From the NCBI GenBank assembly GCA_010909165.1, contig VJWM01000328.1:1-64000 (forward strand): DNA of 64,000 nucleotides. Direction: 5' to 3'. This stretch comes from Anthoceros angustus. Its lineage: Eukaryota; Plantae; Anthocerotophyta. The notes beneath the pieces were generated by a model, which had not been told where the DNA came from, searched no databases, and worked only from the letters and a program-made list of their open reading frames with translations. The position numbers and the translations under genes were made by a program. The first letter of the stretch is position 1; each line of letters begins with the position of its first letter. Shown one piece after another: positions 13,734 to 27,479 of the stretch.

Positions 13734-14426
13734 GAGTCTTGCCTAGACCGGAGATGGGATTGGAAGGTAAACAGTGAGAACAACTCATGCTAGAAGGTAG
13801 GGGCAAGAAATGGCCAAAAGTGGCAATACCCTCCCAAGAGGAGCGAATCACAGGTGCTCGGATGGTGGGGAAGTTCCGAGTTGTAGGAGCTCCAGCCACA
13901 TTGGTATGTGCTAACAGAAGAGCGTTAGTACATGCTGGGAGCCTCTGGTCACCAGTTTCCACTGGAGTTCTATCTCAATGGCAGGTTCCTGCTCTGGACT
14001 CCGACATCGACCCCTGCTTGTCCCTGATCACACCAGTGCACAGACTTATTCGAGAACGAAGACCCCTGGTCCCATTTTTCAGACAGCCAGCCTGTTCCAT
14101 TCATTCCCCTAGCAGTGGGAATCGGCAAGCTGCAGTCACACTAGTGGCCACGTACGTGTGACCTTGGTGTCGTCTTTGCTATTTAACTTCAAAAACATGT
14201 TGGAAAACTATAGAAAGCTCACAATGTTGAAGAGGATATTTCCTCTGTTTCAAGGGTTTTTCCTGAGAGGCATGTCCTCAAATACCTGTTTCCTTTAAGG
14301 CTTTTTTCCAAAGAGGAAAGAGTCAGCTTGCACCTAGGACTTTAACCAAGAAATTTATATACATATAAACTCATTGCATACATTATCCGCTTGAGAGTTA
14401 TTATCAATGAATATAAACTGTTGGTT

Positions 14427-14880
14427 GGGAGTCCAGGTTTTTGATGGTTGACATATATACGAACCCGGTAAGGAGTCCAGGTTTTTGATGGTTGACATAT
14501 ATACGAACCCGGTAAGGAGCCAAGGGTTTTGAAGGGTGCAAACTAGTACATGTACGTAGTTGGGAACCGGCATCAAAACTGCTGCATGGGATGTGGTGCA
14601 TACAAATTGGTAAGGAGCAAAGCGTTTTGATGAGTGCGAACTAGTATTCGTATCTGGTTGGGAGCCGGTGTTCAAATTACCTTGGGCTTATGGTGAGTGC
14701 AAAACGGTAAGGAGCCAAGGGTTTTATGAGTGCGAGCTTCTATATTTATCGAGTTGGGAGTCAGTATTGGATTTAGTGCCTAGAGTTATGGTGAATGCAA
14801 CCTACTAAGGAGCCAAAGGTTTTGATGAGTGCAAACTAGTATATGTACTTGTTTGGGAGCTAGTGTCAGAATTAAAGCCT
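14427..14880. repeat. 44-bp tandem repeat followed by degenerate related units (intergenic repeat/TE relic)
   Basis: GGAGTCCAGGTTTTTGATGGTTGACATATATACGAACCCGGTAA x2, then recurring TAAGGAGCCAAGGGTTTT...GTGC(A/G)AACTAGTA motifs. Confidence 0.75.
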
Positions 14881-16431
14881 TGGGTTGATGGTGAACACAT
14901 AATGCAAACGTGAGTTAGAACCATTTTCAACATGTACCTAGTTGAGGGTTAGTGTCCTACTCATTTCTAATAAAGCAAATGTCATATTCGTATTTACATC
15001 ACACCAAATTACATAAACCAACATTGATGGATTTAAAGTGTAATCTTGTGAATTTTTTGGGAGAGAAAATATGAAACGTTGGGTGGTCTTAAAAACTCAA
15101 TATGATGGTTGTCGCAAGCTTTGGATATGTAAAACCAGCCCTATTTTACTTTGACAAAAGAATTCAAGACTTGCATACTTGTGGGGGATATAGAGCTATG
15201 TACTTCGCTGTTACTTCATTGTCATCTTCTATTACTCTTCAACGAGTTCCATTATTGGTAAGCTTTAGGATGGAGACAAATAAGAGTGATGTTTCGCCAC
15301 CTACTGAGCAGTAGGTAGGTCTCGTAAGTCCTTTCATCTCCCCAATTATGTCGCATTGATGCTGCACGAGTAGTATGTAAGTCCTTGATTGTCTCACCAA
15401 TAGTTATTATTGGTGTATAAGATCGTATCTTATATGTAGCCGAGCAGTACTAGTGAGTATTAGGATGGAGACACATGAGACTTTATGTTTTCTCATCATG
15501 TACCCAGCTGTACCTAGAGTCCTTTAACGCCCAATTGTGTGTCATTGATATTGCACTACTAAACATTGATATTGTACCACTATACAGGAGTCCTCAATCG
15601 TCTTTTCACTATCTACCATGAAATGTTAGTACATCAACTTTCTCTCTCATTGATAATGTACGAACTACATACATAAAAGATTTTTATTTTCTAATTTAAA
15701 GTTCTATTTATATGACATGACTATAGATGATCTTCCTCCTCTATGCTACGAAAAATCATCTTATCCTCTTATATGCTATTAAAGTAGGGGGTCCGGACCA
15801 GAATTGGCTTGTAGGTGAATCATTGTTGGTGGATGAACAATGGAAAGAGGTAGACAACAAGCCACAGCAGAGGCACAGTGGGACCGGGTGTGGCGCGTTG
15901 GGGACGTCGCCCGGGGCCGGGCCCGGGCCCGGGCCCCTCGGGTTTGTCCGGTGGGATATAAGGAAGGGTAGTAGAGTGAAGGCGGCGACCGAGATGCCGC
16001 GAATCTGAGAGCAGCGTTAACGTAACCTTGATGGCGGGCGACCGGTGACACAACAGGGTGTCCGGGTTGGGGTCCGGTCTCCGGGAGTTGCGGACCGCGG
16101 CCTCACGTCCGGGCATGTGCCTGCCTTGGCCGCCTGGCTGCGCGCTCGGGCTCGGGCTCGGGCTGGCTGCCTGGTCCTGGTCCTGTGCCTGCGAGCCTGC
16201 AGCCTGGGCCTGGCTTTGCCTCCTTCCCGCTGATGTCTCCCTTGCGCCTGGGCCTGCGCGATTGTCCCATGCACGCATCGCCATCGCACTGTCCCTGCCT
16301 GTGCATGGGGATCGTCCTCGCCCGAGTGCCGCTCACTCTGCGCCTCAGCCTCGGCCTCCTGCTCGCGCCCGCTCCAGCTCCAGCTCCCGCGCCCTCAGCG
16401 CCTCCACGCCTCTGCGCCCGCGGCGGCTGCC

Positions 16432-18685
16432 ATGCCATACCACTCCGTGGTGCTGGCCACGGCGGGCTATGACCACACCATCCGCTTCTGGGAGGCCAAC
16501 AGCGGCACCTGCTACCGCACTCTCAACTACTCCGACTCGGTCAGTAGCACCAGCCCCTGCCCGCCCACTGCTCCCTGCGCGGGATCGGGCCAATTGTGCG
16601 CCAATTCTGCCTGCTTGTGCTTCGTTGCGGCGGGAATTTGGCCAATTGCGTGGCCGCTGTGGAGGCGGCATGCTAATTGTTGCAGGAATGGCTTTCTTGG
16701 ACTGTGAATGTGAAATTAAGTGCTGCGGGATGTCCCGCCGCCGGGAGGGAGATCAGATCTGGCAATGCCGTACTGTGAGGGACGGGAATTGGCCTTGCTG
16801 TCTCTTTGGCGTGCTGCGGCTTGCACCACGCTCTCAATTTGCAGTTTCGTAGCTCTGGCTTGTTTCGGCCGTGAGCATTGGAAGCTGGTCGCTATTGCAA
16901 GAGGGACGGGCCCGGGACAGCTCGCCCCTTGCCGCGGCTCATGAGGCTCAATTGTGACGGCGCTGCGGGGGTAGTGAAATGCCTCGTTGACGGTTTCTTG
17001 CTGCTCTTGTCTGTCGCTGCAGCAAGTGAACAAGCTCGAGATCACGCCGGACAAGCAGCTGCTGGCCGCAGCGGGTAACCCGCACATTCGTCTCTATGAA
17101 GTGGACTCCAGTAACAGCCTGCCTGTATGTGCTGCTTTCTGGCAGTTGTAGAAACATGACACCTATTGCGACTCGCGACTCTTCTTGTGTCGGCCACTTG
17201 TGTAGCTAACTGGACGCGCTATCAGGTCAAGAGCTTCAATGGACACACCAACAATGTGACTGCGCTTGGATTCCAGTGCGATGGAAAATGGATGTACTCA
17301 GGCTCAGAGGACGGCAGTGTGAAAATTTGGGACTTGAGGTATTCGCTTGTCATCCCCTTCTGTGATTACGTACTCTGTTGACCATCGCTTGCAATTGTGC
17401 ATTAGTGTGAGAAATAGTCACCTGAGGAAGGCTATTCGTGGTTGTATTCAGGGCAGGAACCTGCCAGCGAGAGTATGAAAGTAGTGCACCGGTGAACACT
17501 GTTGTTCTCCATCCCAACCAGGTGCTCTGCATGTGCCCAAGCCTGTCTTGCTTTCATGTCTCTCCGCGGTGCATTGTTTCCATTTGCTTATGGGACGTTA
17601 CTGCAGAGAGAGTTGATCTCAGGGGATCAGCATGGAAATATTAGGGTTTGGGATCTCAAGAGCAATATCTGCAGCTGTGAGCTGGTTGGTATACCTCAAA
17701 GAATTTGTCAATGTTGAGTTTCCTTCTGTGCTTCTTTGTATCTCAGATGATGGTTTTCCCATCCCTGATATGGCTTTGGTGTGATTTTGTCCGTTTATAT
17801 GTTCACCTGATTTGTATATGACATTATTTTGTGACTAATGCTCCAGGTTCCTGAGGTGGACACAGCTATCAGGTCCTTAACTGTCATGTGGGATGGTAGT
17901 CTTGTTGTTGCAGCAAACAACAACGGGACATGTTTCATCTGGCGGTTACCAAACAACCAGGTTGGTGGGGCTCAGTGTCGTCTGATCAGAATCTGCATGA
18001 ATTATTTGTCATGAGCTAATCAGACCCTATGATTCTTGTGCAGTCAACTACTAACTTCGAGCCTCTGCACAAGCTTGACGCTCATAAAGCCTACATCCTC
18101 AAGTGTCTACTGTCTCCTGAGTACTGTGAACCGTATCGGTGTTTGTCTTTGGCCCTGAAACCAGTCCGTTACTTCAGAGGGACATGGATATAGAAGCTCT
18201 TCCGCTTTGAACATCAATCGTGTCTATTTTGCAGCTATCTTGCTACCACTTCATCTGACAAGACTGTGAAGATCTGGAATGCCAGCAACTTCACGCTCGA
18301 ACGTACACTAACAGGTGCCCAACCGAAAGCCAATCTGAAAAGTTGTGTCTAGTGGTGAAGACCATCCTTCTTAACTCTCTCTGTGATGCCGACCTCTCTC
18401 AGGGCACGATCGTTGGGTCTGGGACTGCGTGTTCTCTGTGGATGGTGCCTACCTTGTTTCTGGTACGGCATACACCTCTCGTGACTTCTGCAGATTGGCG
18501 TGTGACTTACGTTCGGGCATGGCGACAAGTTTGCTCACCTTACTTTGGGTTCTGCAGCTTCTTCAGATGAGACCGCTCGGCTCTGGGACATAGCCTCTGG
18601 GGAAACTATACAAGTCTATAAGGGGCATCAGAAGGCCGCTGTATGCTGTGCCCTTCATGACGGGACTGAACCCCCGTCTGATTGA
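16432..18685 (+). CDS. LST8: TOR complex subunit LST8 (WD40), multi-exon
   Basis: [134 protein letters not shown]. Confidence 0.96.
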
Positions 18686-19337
18686 CCTCAAGTGCATCAT
18701 GCATGTCATAACGTGGCAGCTTACTCCCAGAACAGAGGCAAGCTGGGACTGAGCACTGTATGGTAGCAACAATACCATCTTGCAAATTTTGAGCTTAGAC
18801 GCGCGAATAAACAGTTGCATTGTTTTGTAATAGTTATCTTTTATACAAGCGATGCGGGCCGTCCTCCCGTTATGAGAGACAATATGCTAAAAATAGTATC
18901 CGAATTGCATGCTTTGGTTGTTCAGTTTCAAATGTCGTGTGTAAATTCTCCAGGTGACCCGCTAAGAACCTGCCAGGAGGTGGCATTAGCATTGTGTCCG
19001 TAAAATATGTTGTTGTTCTCCATATCTGTTTTCAACGCAAGAGTGCACACGTTCCAGAACGCAGCAGAAGTTTTCAGAATGCCAGATAGGGTCAGCAGTG
19101 AATGCACTCAGCAAAAGGGTGCTTTTCAGAAATCTCACCCACAAGACGATACTGGCAGCAGACTTTAACAGATTGACGAGGGCCCGTCCTCGTAGTTTAT
19201 CTCTGTCCCATCCCTCCATGACATGTACCCTGTTAAGAACGCAGTATTCAAGGGGTTAAGTTTCTCAGAGGCTACGTACGGCACCCACTAGCACATTGAA
19301 ACAACCGGGTGCTTCTATCGAATATGTCTGGACTTAC

Positions 19338-20746
19338 TCAGCTAGGAAGTTTTTGTATCGTTTGTGTCTTGACAGCCATCTTCGGAAGCTTTTGTATCCT
19401 TTCTGTCTTGACTGCCATCTCCGGAAGTTTTTGTATCCTGTGTGTATTGACTGCCATCCCCTTTGTCTGTGTAACCATCCTCGTCCTTATCCGACTCATC
19501 AGCATGCTGGGAGTCTGAGTCATAAGGGACATCTGAAATTTTTCACAAATAGGCGACATGGTCAATTTTCCACTGCTGATAGAGAGCGAGAATGGCGAAG
19601 ACAACCAATCCACACCACATTCACGAAAGGTTGGACTGGCCACACCTTCAGGGGACTCTTGAATACGAGCTCTGATCCATTTGCCTTTGTAACGACGCCA
19701 TTCAAACATAGGGCGAGGGTATTTAGCCAATATCTCTTCTTGTCTCTCAATCTTCCCCATCTTGGCATAGATGCCAGCGACTAGCTCAGCTGTACGCCTA
19801 TCTGGTTTCACCCCTAGCTCCTCCATGTCTAAGAACAGCTGCAGTTACGAGTTCAAATAGGAGTTAGAAACAATTTTAGCAGCAGAGCAGGAAGGAATAT
19901 CGACTAGCTCATTAGCAAGCCAGTAGGAGTGAGCCCACCTCAATAGCCTTCTCCGACATCCCGTGCGACTCATACATGTACACAACCCGACCAAACATTA
20001 CTCTAGGTACACACTCCATATACTGTGCAAATACTTTCTCCCAGAGAGCCTCTGCTTCTTCTATCCTGCCTTCCGCATTATAAGCCTGTATCAAGGTGTC
20101 ATATGTGCCCAATGTCCTACCTTGGCCCTTGCTGAGCATCCATTTAGTCAGCTGCCAGACAAGCAAATGTTCAGCTTCCATTCCACGGCACAACACCTTA
20201 AAGAATAATAGAACAAGAGTGCCTGCGCCTGCAATACCTGAATCACTCTCTTGTACTCCTTCATTTGCTGAAGGACTTTAAGAGCCTTCTTCACAGCAAC
20301 CAAAGGAAATTCCAGCTCCCAAGCTGTCCACGCATCCAGTGCACCATACACTTCTTCTTTGACATTGGAAAGTGACAAAACCTGCAGGGCCACTCACAAC
20401 CAACTCAATACAAACTGAGACCCCCGGCGACCGACAGCTGCGCATATACCACCAGGCTTACCATCTCTACCAATTTGTTACCCTTGCTTACGGTTCCCCG
20501 CCGAGTTTTGGTCTTCCACAACTGAGGCTTCCTCTGCCGAGCCCCACCGGCCAGGCAGACATGCCTGGGGTGACTCCGGTGGTCAGAGAATGGGGCATAC
20601 ACGATCTCAGACCTTGCAAATGAAATGCTGGTGACTTCGGCAGGCATCATCCTAACGGTTCCCCCGCCCTTCCCCCTGTCATATCTAATCCCGGGAATCG
20701 CCTGTCTCGGCAGCAGCTGGAGGCTGCATTCGCACCTCAAGCTCAT
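19338..20746 (-). CDS. Small organelle-targeted pentatricopeptide-repeat protein (EMB1417/At4g21190-At4g18975-like)
   Basis: [34 protein letters not shown]...[22 protein letters not shown]...[13 protein letters not shown]. The exact start and the 3' end are uncertain. Confidence 0.88.
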
Positions 20747-20924
20747 CCTTCTTCCAATTCTACCAGCCTCGAATGCCCGTCTGCTTTCACCGGCTTAAAT
20801 ACCCGGTGTCATGTGACGCCGTATTAATAAATAAATAAACTTCGGAAACTCAAATACGTCCGTAACCCGCCTTACGTCTTTTGTTTCAATCGCGACGCCG
20901 AGAAGCAGCTCAAGAGGAAGAAAG

Positions 20925-21203
20925 ATGATCACGATGCTCAAAGGGCTGGCCGACTTGAAGGTGAAAGACGTGCCAGAGCACCTCAAGAAGGTCGTGACCA
21001 GCGAGAATGTGAAGCGCAGCACCTGGTCGTTCGTGCAGAACTACAATCGGCAGTACATCAAGACTAGCAGCATCCGCCCGCTCCACGACGTCTTCATCGT
21101 CATCGGCCTCTTTGCTTATGCCGTCAATTGGCCAAATGAAGTTCGGCATCTGCGGGCGCGGGAGGAGCATGAGCGTTCCAAGAGACAAGGTCAAGATTCT
21201 TGA
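20925..21203 (+). CDS. ATP17: Mitochondrial ATP synthase subunit f (plant At4g30010-like), intronless
   Basis: LKVKDVPEHLK...NYNRQYIKTSSIRPLHDVFIVIGLFAYAVNWPNEVRHL; 92 aa with one hydrophobic segment. Confidence 0.85.
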   Translation: MITMLKGLADLKVKDVPEHLKKVVTSENVKRSTWSFVQNYNRQYIKTSSIRPLHDVFIVIGLFAYAVNWPNEVRHLRAREEHERSKRQGQDS

Positions 21204-22565
21204 ACGCCGGAGCAACGGAGCAACAAGCATTTCGTCCATCCTTATTGCTCGGGGACAGGGCAAGGTGATTAATGTCCATTCTACAATTTACAGAGAAGCG
21301 GGAGACTGTTTGCTAGCTAAGAGGCTGTAGGACCTTGCGCTCTGCTTCAGACGTGGAAAAAGGTGTTTTCATTGTTTCGCGTACACCTAATCGAATTGTT
21401 GACTTCTTGATATTCCCGGAGCAAGCGTATGCGCTTGCTTCCAATGCTCCTAAATCAGTGTTATCGGGGTGCTGATTATCAGTTCTCGGCATTGCCGCGT
21501 TTGACAGCCCTTTCCTATGGTGCAGAGGGTCTGCAATGCTGCATGCTTTGCTGCATTACGAATTTCCACGTCTCTAAGAATTGTGCCATCTTTTGCGTCT
21601 TTTGTAATTTATCATTTATGAGATTGTATGTCTTCGTGAATGCATAGGGTTTGGTGTGGTAGATGATGAGCCACTTTGAGAAGTGGCTCATCACCCTCCA
21701 TCATTTGATGAAAAATTATAATGCTTCATTAGATCTAAGAGATTGGACAGCCCAACTATCATAGTGCAGCTCGAGGGAAGGGAAGATTAGGGCAGCTCAT
21801 GTGATTCTTTATCATAGGATATATAGTATTGAGAAAGATCATTGGGATAAACTTCTCTGACATAGAATTATAGCTAGAGCAAGGCCATTCAAAATCAGAA
21901 TGGACCTAATAGTTTTGGCACAAGATCATTGGGATAAACCTCTAGTAAAAGACACTAAGGAAAAACCATTAAAGATCGAGAAAAACCCATGTATCATAGG
22001 ATAGCTTGAGCTAAGGGAGACCATTGAAGATTGGGATAAACTCATGTATCATATGATAGCTTGAGCAATGACCATTGCAATAAACCCCTCTAACGAGCAA
22101 GATCATAGAACAACTTGGGGAAAGACAATTCAAGCTCACATGAATCAATCTGATGGTGTTTCCACCAAAAATTCAAGCTCATTATGGACAGGGGAAGGCT
22201 ATGTTCAAGAGATAGTAGAGTCGTTTCACAAGTGGAGGCTATTTTGGAGAGATAGTATATCTCTTTGGAATAAACCCATCCTCTAGGCTATTTTCGAGAG
22301 ATAGTAGGCCTCTTGGGATAAACCCATCCTCCAATGGAAGGCTATGTTTGAGAGATTGTAGACCCTTTGAGATAAACCCATTCAGCAAAGGAGAGTATAG
22401 GGGACAACTTAGGGGATGATCATTCATGATCACATGTTTGAGGAAGATCATCCAAGGTCCGTGACAACGAAATGGAGGATATATTCCGCATATAATAAAT
22501 CTAACTATCATATAAATAGATATTATGAGCCATTATTATAGCTAAATCTTTACAAAACAAACATA

Positions 22566-23548
22566 TCATATAGGTGGAGCGGATTTCTTCTTTTTCTTTT
22601 TTTTGCCTTGAGCCTTAGCCTCTAATTCAGCCCGGTATATACCATTCAACAATTTTACCAAGGCAAATTCTTCATCTACTACATCAGCTTTCTGTACAAA
22701 CCAACTTTTTATTAATAAACCATAAAATAATATTATTTAAGTACAATAAAATAACTTTAGATATTTTATTAAAATATATTCTAAGATAAATCTGATATAT
22801 GCACTTACCTCATGTATGAAAAATATCTTTTACCGTATGGATAGAAACATTCACTTTGATAAAACAATATGTTGTTCTCCATGTAGTACAGTTGATTCTA
22901 AGTATGTTGTCAACCTTGCTTGGACATGGAACCCGGATGAACATGATGTTAGGAACAATTTCATTAGGCTTACTTACCGCTCGGAATTCGTGCACCAATC
23001 TCCATATGTGATTAGCTTCGTGACAACGTTTATAACTGTTTCATGTTCAAAGGTAATTACCTCACATAATAATAATAATCAATGTACAACAAGACAATTG
23101 TAAGTTTGCACAGATGTTTACCCTTCTATATCCTTTTCAATTGTGGATTTCACACCAGCTCCATATGCTGGATATTCTACCCAAAGCTTACCTCCTGCTT
23201 CTATATCCCTTTGTTTTGTAGGATATCTGGATTGAAAGACAAGATCATTTTTATAATCTTATATCGGATTTTCGTGCAAGTATGTAATCAAATAATGAAA
23301 ATTTTTAGTTCTTACTTCACTCCAAGTATGGTTGCAGTCAACCCTACAGGTGTTTCAATAAGATCCTTGCCCTGATTGAGTCAAAATATTAAAAATAATA
23401 TTAATTTTAAGCAACTAAATTAAATCATGTCTTTTCAACATACGCTTAAGTTCCAAAATGGTTCCATATCCACGGGTTCAGTCCAATATGCAGGTAGTTT
23501 CACTTTCTTCTCCTTCTTTGCCTTTTTTTTGGGGTCAGCAAGCGGCAT
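22566..23548 (-). CDS. Uncharacterised 183-aa protein, 6 exons, AT-rich
   Basis: Exons 23548-23444, 23371-23316, 23226-23122, 23035-22978, 22897-22809 and 22704-22566 join in consistent phase through GT-AG introns of 72-104 nt: MPLADPKKKAKKEKK...GKDLIETPVGLTATILGVKY...GKLWVEY...GYKRCHEANHIWRL...GKKKKKKKSAPPI*. The last acceptor is weak. Confidence 0.75.
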
Positions 23549-24189
23549 TTTGCAGGATTGTTTACTCCTAAAATTAGAATATGTTTTGAAGGATGTTTTA
23601 ATTTTAAATTTGGATTATTTTCTTGAAGGATCTCTAAATTCTCAAATTAAATCATTCTCAAACTAAATGTGTATGACTACAGAATCACCTATCATATTTT
23701 GCTTACACATTGAAAATAAAGAAATAGGTTTTCTATTTTTTGAAGGAGAAATATTAGTAATATATGCTACAATACTTTCCTTGTCCAATTTATGTGCTAT
23801 GCCTGAAGTTCCTAAAATTTTCTTAATCTTTGTATCAATCATGTTGTCTTACTAGGAAGAACAAGTTTACTTGAAAATTTTAATGGAATTAAATAAATAA
23901 ACAAGTTAAGAGGTGGGTACCTAGTATCATTTGGATATGCTCAACTTTAAATTTCAAATACCTACTCACTGTAAAAACTTTTATTTTATATTTTTTTGAT
24001 ATTTACACTTTTTAATAGGTTTAACTTTATATATACATGGAGACTTTATAAATATGCACCCTTGTCCCATCTACACCGGGGTGGTAGGGAACAACCCCCT
24101 AGAGGGCCCTAGACCAAGGGGGGACTAGGCCACCCGGATGTCTTCGCTGAAGCTACCTACCGCTCCCAAGATGTCATAATCTGGAATAA

Positions 24190-24660
24190 GGAGGAGCTTA
24201 CTTACCACTCTAGAATTGAAGAACCTACGTTCCCCGCGTTCGAAGTTGTCCTGAAAATTGCGTTTGCCCTTTGTAGAGCAATGGATAATCGTTGCCGGAA
24301 GAATGCCACCACACATGAAAAAGGGAGACCTGCCTCGTTCTTGCGGATGCGATATGCTTTAGCACAACCCTTGATAAACCTCGAGAAGTCCTTGCCCATG
24401 GCCCCATGAGTCTCAATAGCAAAAGGAATGAAAGTATGACCTTCCTACATATGGGTGTACTTGTGAACCTTGGTTGTAGCGCATCCCTCTACCGCCCAAC
24501 CCGGAGAGTTGATGACATGCTCGTAGACAGCATCCCGAGTAGAGTCAATTACAACCACATATGCAACTCTACCTAGTCCCCTTAGATCAGAAACAGGTCA
24601 GCCTTGAGAGCAAGCAAAGTATATGGGCGCTCCCTGAAAGGAAAGAATCCACTCCCCCTC
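24190..24660 (-). mobile_element. 3' fragment of a restriction-like-endonuclease non-LTR retrotransposon (CRE-like)
   Basis: GHTFIPFAIETHGAMGKDFSRFIK...FFRQRLSIALQRANA C-terminal signature. Confidence 0.75.
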
Positions 24661-26186
24661 TGTAAATAAATATAGCGGAAGTGCTCTTACACAAAAGACA
24701 CACACAATGCACAAGAGCGAATGAATTAATAAAGCACAAAGGTCTTTAAATACAAAACTGTGTGTGTAACCCTAAGTTACATAAATAACCCTAATTAACA
24801 TAACCCAAGGGCAAGATTAAAACCTATTTACTAACACTCCCTCTTAACCCAAGCGCGGGTTACAGCAGCAGAGCATAGCTTGAGCGTGCACATCATTAAG
24901 TGTAAGCGAGGCCAGTTACTCGCGGTAATCCCTTCGAATTCCTCTGTACAGACATGGAGACCACGCCTGCTGAGCCATGGAGCCTCCTACTTATAGCCCT
25001 CATCGCCACGATCCTTCTGGCAACAATTGTGGTGGGCGCCGCGATGGCGAGCATCATGGGCTCTCCGGCCCAGCAGCCTCGATCACCAAAGGAGTAGGAG
25101 ATGATCACACTGACGCAGGGAGGATGACCAGCTCGCAAGTAAGAATCCAAGCGGGAACATGGTGACAGTGAGAAAGCGCGAGCTTTCCCTCAGAATAAAT
25201 ATAGCGGAGTGCTCTTACACAAAGACACACACAATGCACGAATGAATTAATAAAGCACAAAGGTCTTTAAATACAAAGCGTGTGTAACCCTAAGTTACAT
25301 AAATAACCTAATTAACATAACCCAAGGCAAGATTAAAACCTATTTACTAACACTCCTCTTAACCCAAGCGCGGTTACGGCAGCGAGCATAGCAGCGTGCA
25401 TCATTAAGTGTAAGCGAGCCATCGCGGTAATCCCTTCAATTCCTCGCAGACATGGAGACCACGCTGCTGAGCCATGGAGCCTCCTACTTATAGCCCTCAT
25501 CGCCACGATCCTTCCGGCAACAATTGTGGTGGGCGCCGCGATGGCGAGCATCATGGGCTCTCCGGCCCAGCAGCCTCGATCACCAAAGGGTAGGAGATGA
25601 TCACACTGACGCAGGGAGGATGACCAGCTCGCAAGTAAGAATCAAGCGGGAACATGGTGACAGTGAGAAAGCGCGAGCTTTCCCTCAGAATAAATATAGC
25701 GGAGTGCTCTTACACAAAGACACACACAATGCACGAATGAATTAATAAAGCACAAAGGTCTTTAAATACAAAGCGTGTGTAACCCTAAGTTACATAAATA
25801 ACCTAATTAACATAACAAGGATTAAAACCTATTTACTAACACTCCTCTTAACCCAAGCGCGGTTACGGCGTGAGCATAGCAGCGTGCATCATTAAGTGTA
25901 AGCGAGGCGGTTACTCGCGGTAATCCCTTCAATTCCTCCATGCGGAGCATGGACCACGCTGCTTGAGCCATGGAGCCTCCTACTTATAGCCCTCATCGCC
26001 GCGATCCTTCCGGCAACAATTGTGGTGGGCCGCGATGGCGAGCTCTTCTGGGCTCTCCGGCCCAGCAGCCTCGATCCAGGTAGGAGATGATCACTTCTGT
26101 TGAGAGACGGGAGGGCCGGTGACCACCCGGCCATAGTAAGAATCAAGCGAGACATGGTGACAGTGAGAAAGCGCGAGCTTTCCCTC
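24661..26186 (-). repeat. Tandem triplication (~500-530-bp unit), each unit containing a PPT and a ~176-bp LTR-like segment
   Basis: Units start at ~24661, ~25192 and ~25687. On the minus strand a purine tract (AAGAGGGAG/AAGAGGAG) precedes TGTTAGTAAATAGG. The first LTR-like copy, 24661-24836, is bounded by TGT...ACA. Confidence 0.85.
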
Positions 26187-26322
26187 GACAGAGAGCATCA
26201 GCAACCGGCTACGTCAGCAGGAGTAAGCACTTGAATTCATATAAGCACTTCCTCGACCAACAACCAAACAAATCTAATCGCGAGATATAGGTGCAAATCA
26301 ATAACGGAGGGAGTAGCTCGCA

Positions 26323-26874
26323 CATCGTGGCACAAACACACTCTCCCCACGAGAACAACACGCAAATTCCTCACATCGCTCCTGAGTCATAGCTTTGGCC
26401 TCCTCACAACACCCTTGCATTAGATATCTAGAGGACAAGCTATGATCCGAGCTTGTCCTCAATGGAAGGGTCTATATATACTAGACCTGGCATCGCATAT
26501 TCCTAAGATATCCTATTGGCATCAAGATACGAAATATCCTAAGAATACACTATAATATGCAAGGAATATGCCAAAGCATATTACTTGAGCTTATCCACTT
26601 AGCTATTGTATCCTAAGAATACACTATAATATGCAAGGAATATGCCAAAGCATATTACTTGAGCTTATCCACTTAGCTATTGCTAACCATGTTTAATTAA
26701 CACTAATCAATGCTTAATTAACATAAGCACTTTAGATTAATTAACACTAATCAATGCTTAATTAAGCACTTTAGATTAATTAACACTAATTACTTACTTA
26801 AAGATAAGTAATTAGATTAATTAATGCTAATCAAACACTAAACCCAAGTGCATAGATTAGTATCACACGGCATG
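26323..26874. repeat. ~550-bp direct repeat, copy 1 (LTR-like)
   Basis: Highly similar to 31379-31933, from CATCGTGGCACAAACACAC to GATTAGTATCACACGGCATG. Contains an internal ~74-bp tandem duplication. Confidence 0.85.
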
Positions 26875-27479
26875 GCGGTCATCGCACGAGGTAAGCACTT
26901 GAATTCATATAAGCACTTCCTCAACAAACAACCAAGCAAACAAATCTAATACGCAGATATAGGTGCAACCAATCCCCGATAATGTGAGACTCTAAGTCAA
27001 AACATTATCATTAGTAGACTACACGTCGCACCTCATGTAGCGCATTGTGCACAAAACCAATCTCCTTGAATGTCGTCCAGGTTATGAACCTTGTCCATGA
27101 GTGGAGGTTGTCTTGACATCCTCATGCTCATGTGGACTACTCTCCCCCGGTTGCTCGCCATTTTCTTCTTGCCTTCGAGCTGCCTCTGCGAACACTTGTT
27201 CATCCTTGATTAGTTCTATGTGGAACTTCCCTTTGGTGTACTTCCCCATCTCCATAGCGTGAAAGCAAACACATGTCGCGATGCCTCCAACAACTCCTTT
27301 AGGGCCCTGATTGCTCTTCAACTCGATGCTGTTAACCACTCATGTGTTGTGGCTCGGATGGCTTGCACGCTTCCTCTACGCTTACTCTCCTTGCCTCCAA
27401 ACTCGCCTTCTCTTGTTGAGATGCGAGTCGAATCCTTCACCCGAACCGCCTTCAACCCCGCCTTCTTGGTTTGAAGTTG

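Noticed and set aside
15820-16852. Long ORFs around the LST8 5' end
   Set aside because: GC-rich promoter/5' UTR/intron with few stop codons; low-complexity translations.
24768-24795. AACCCTAA telomere-like motifs
   Set aside because: Isolated copies within the LTR-like unit, not a telomeric array.
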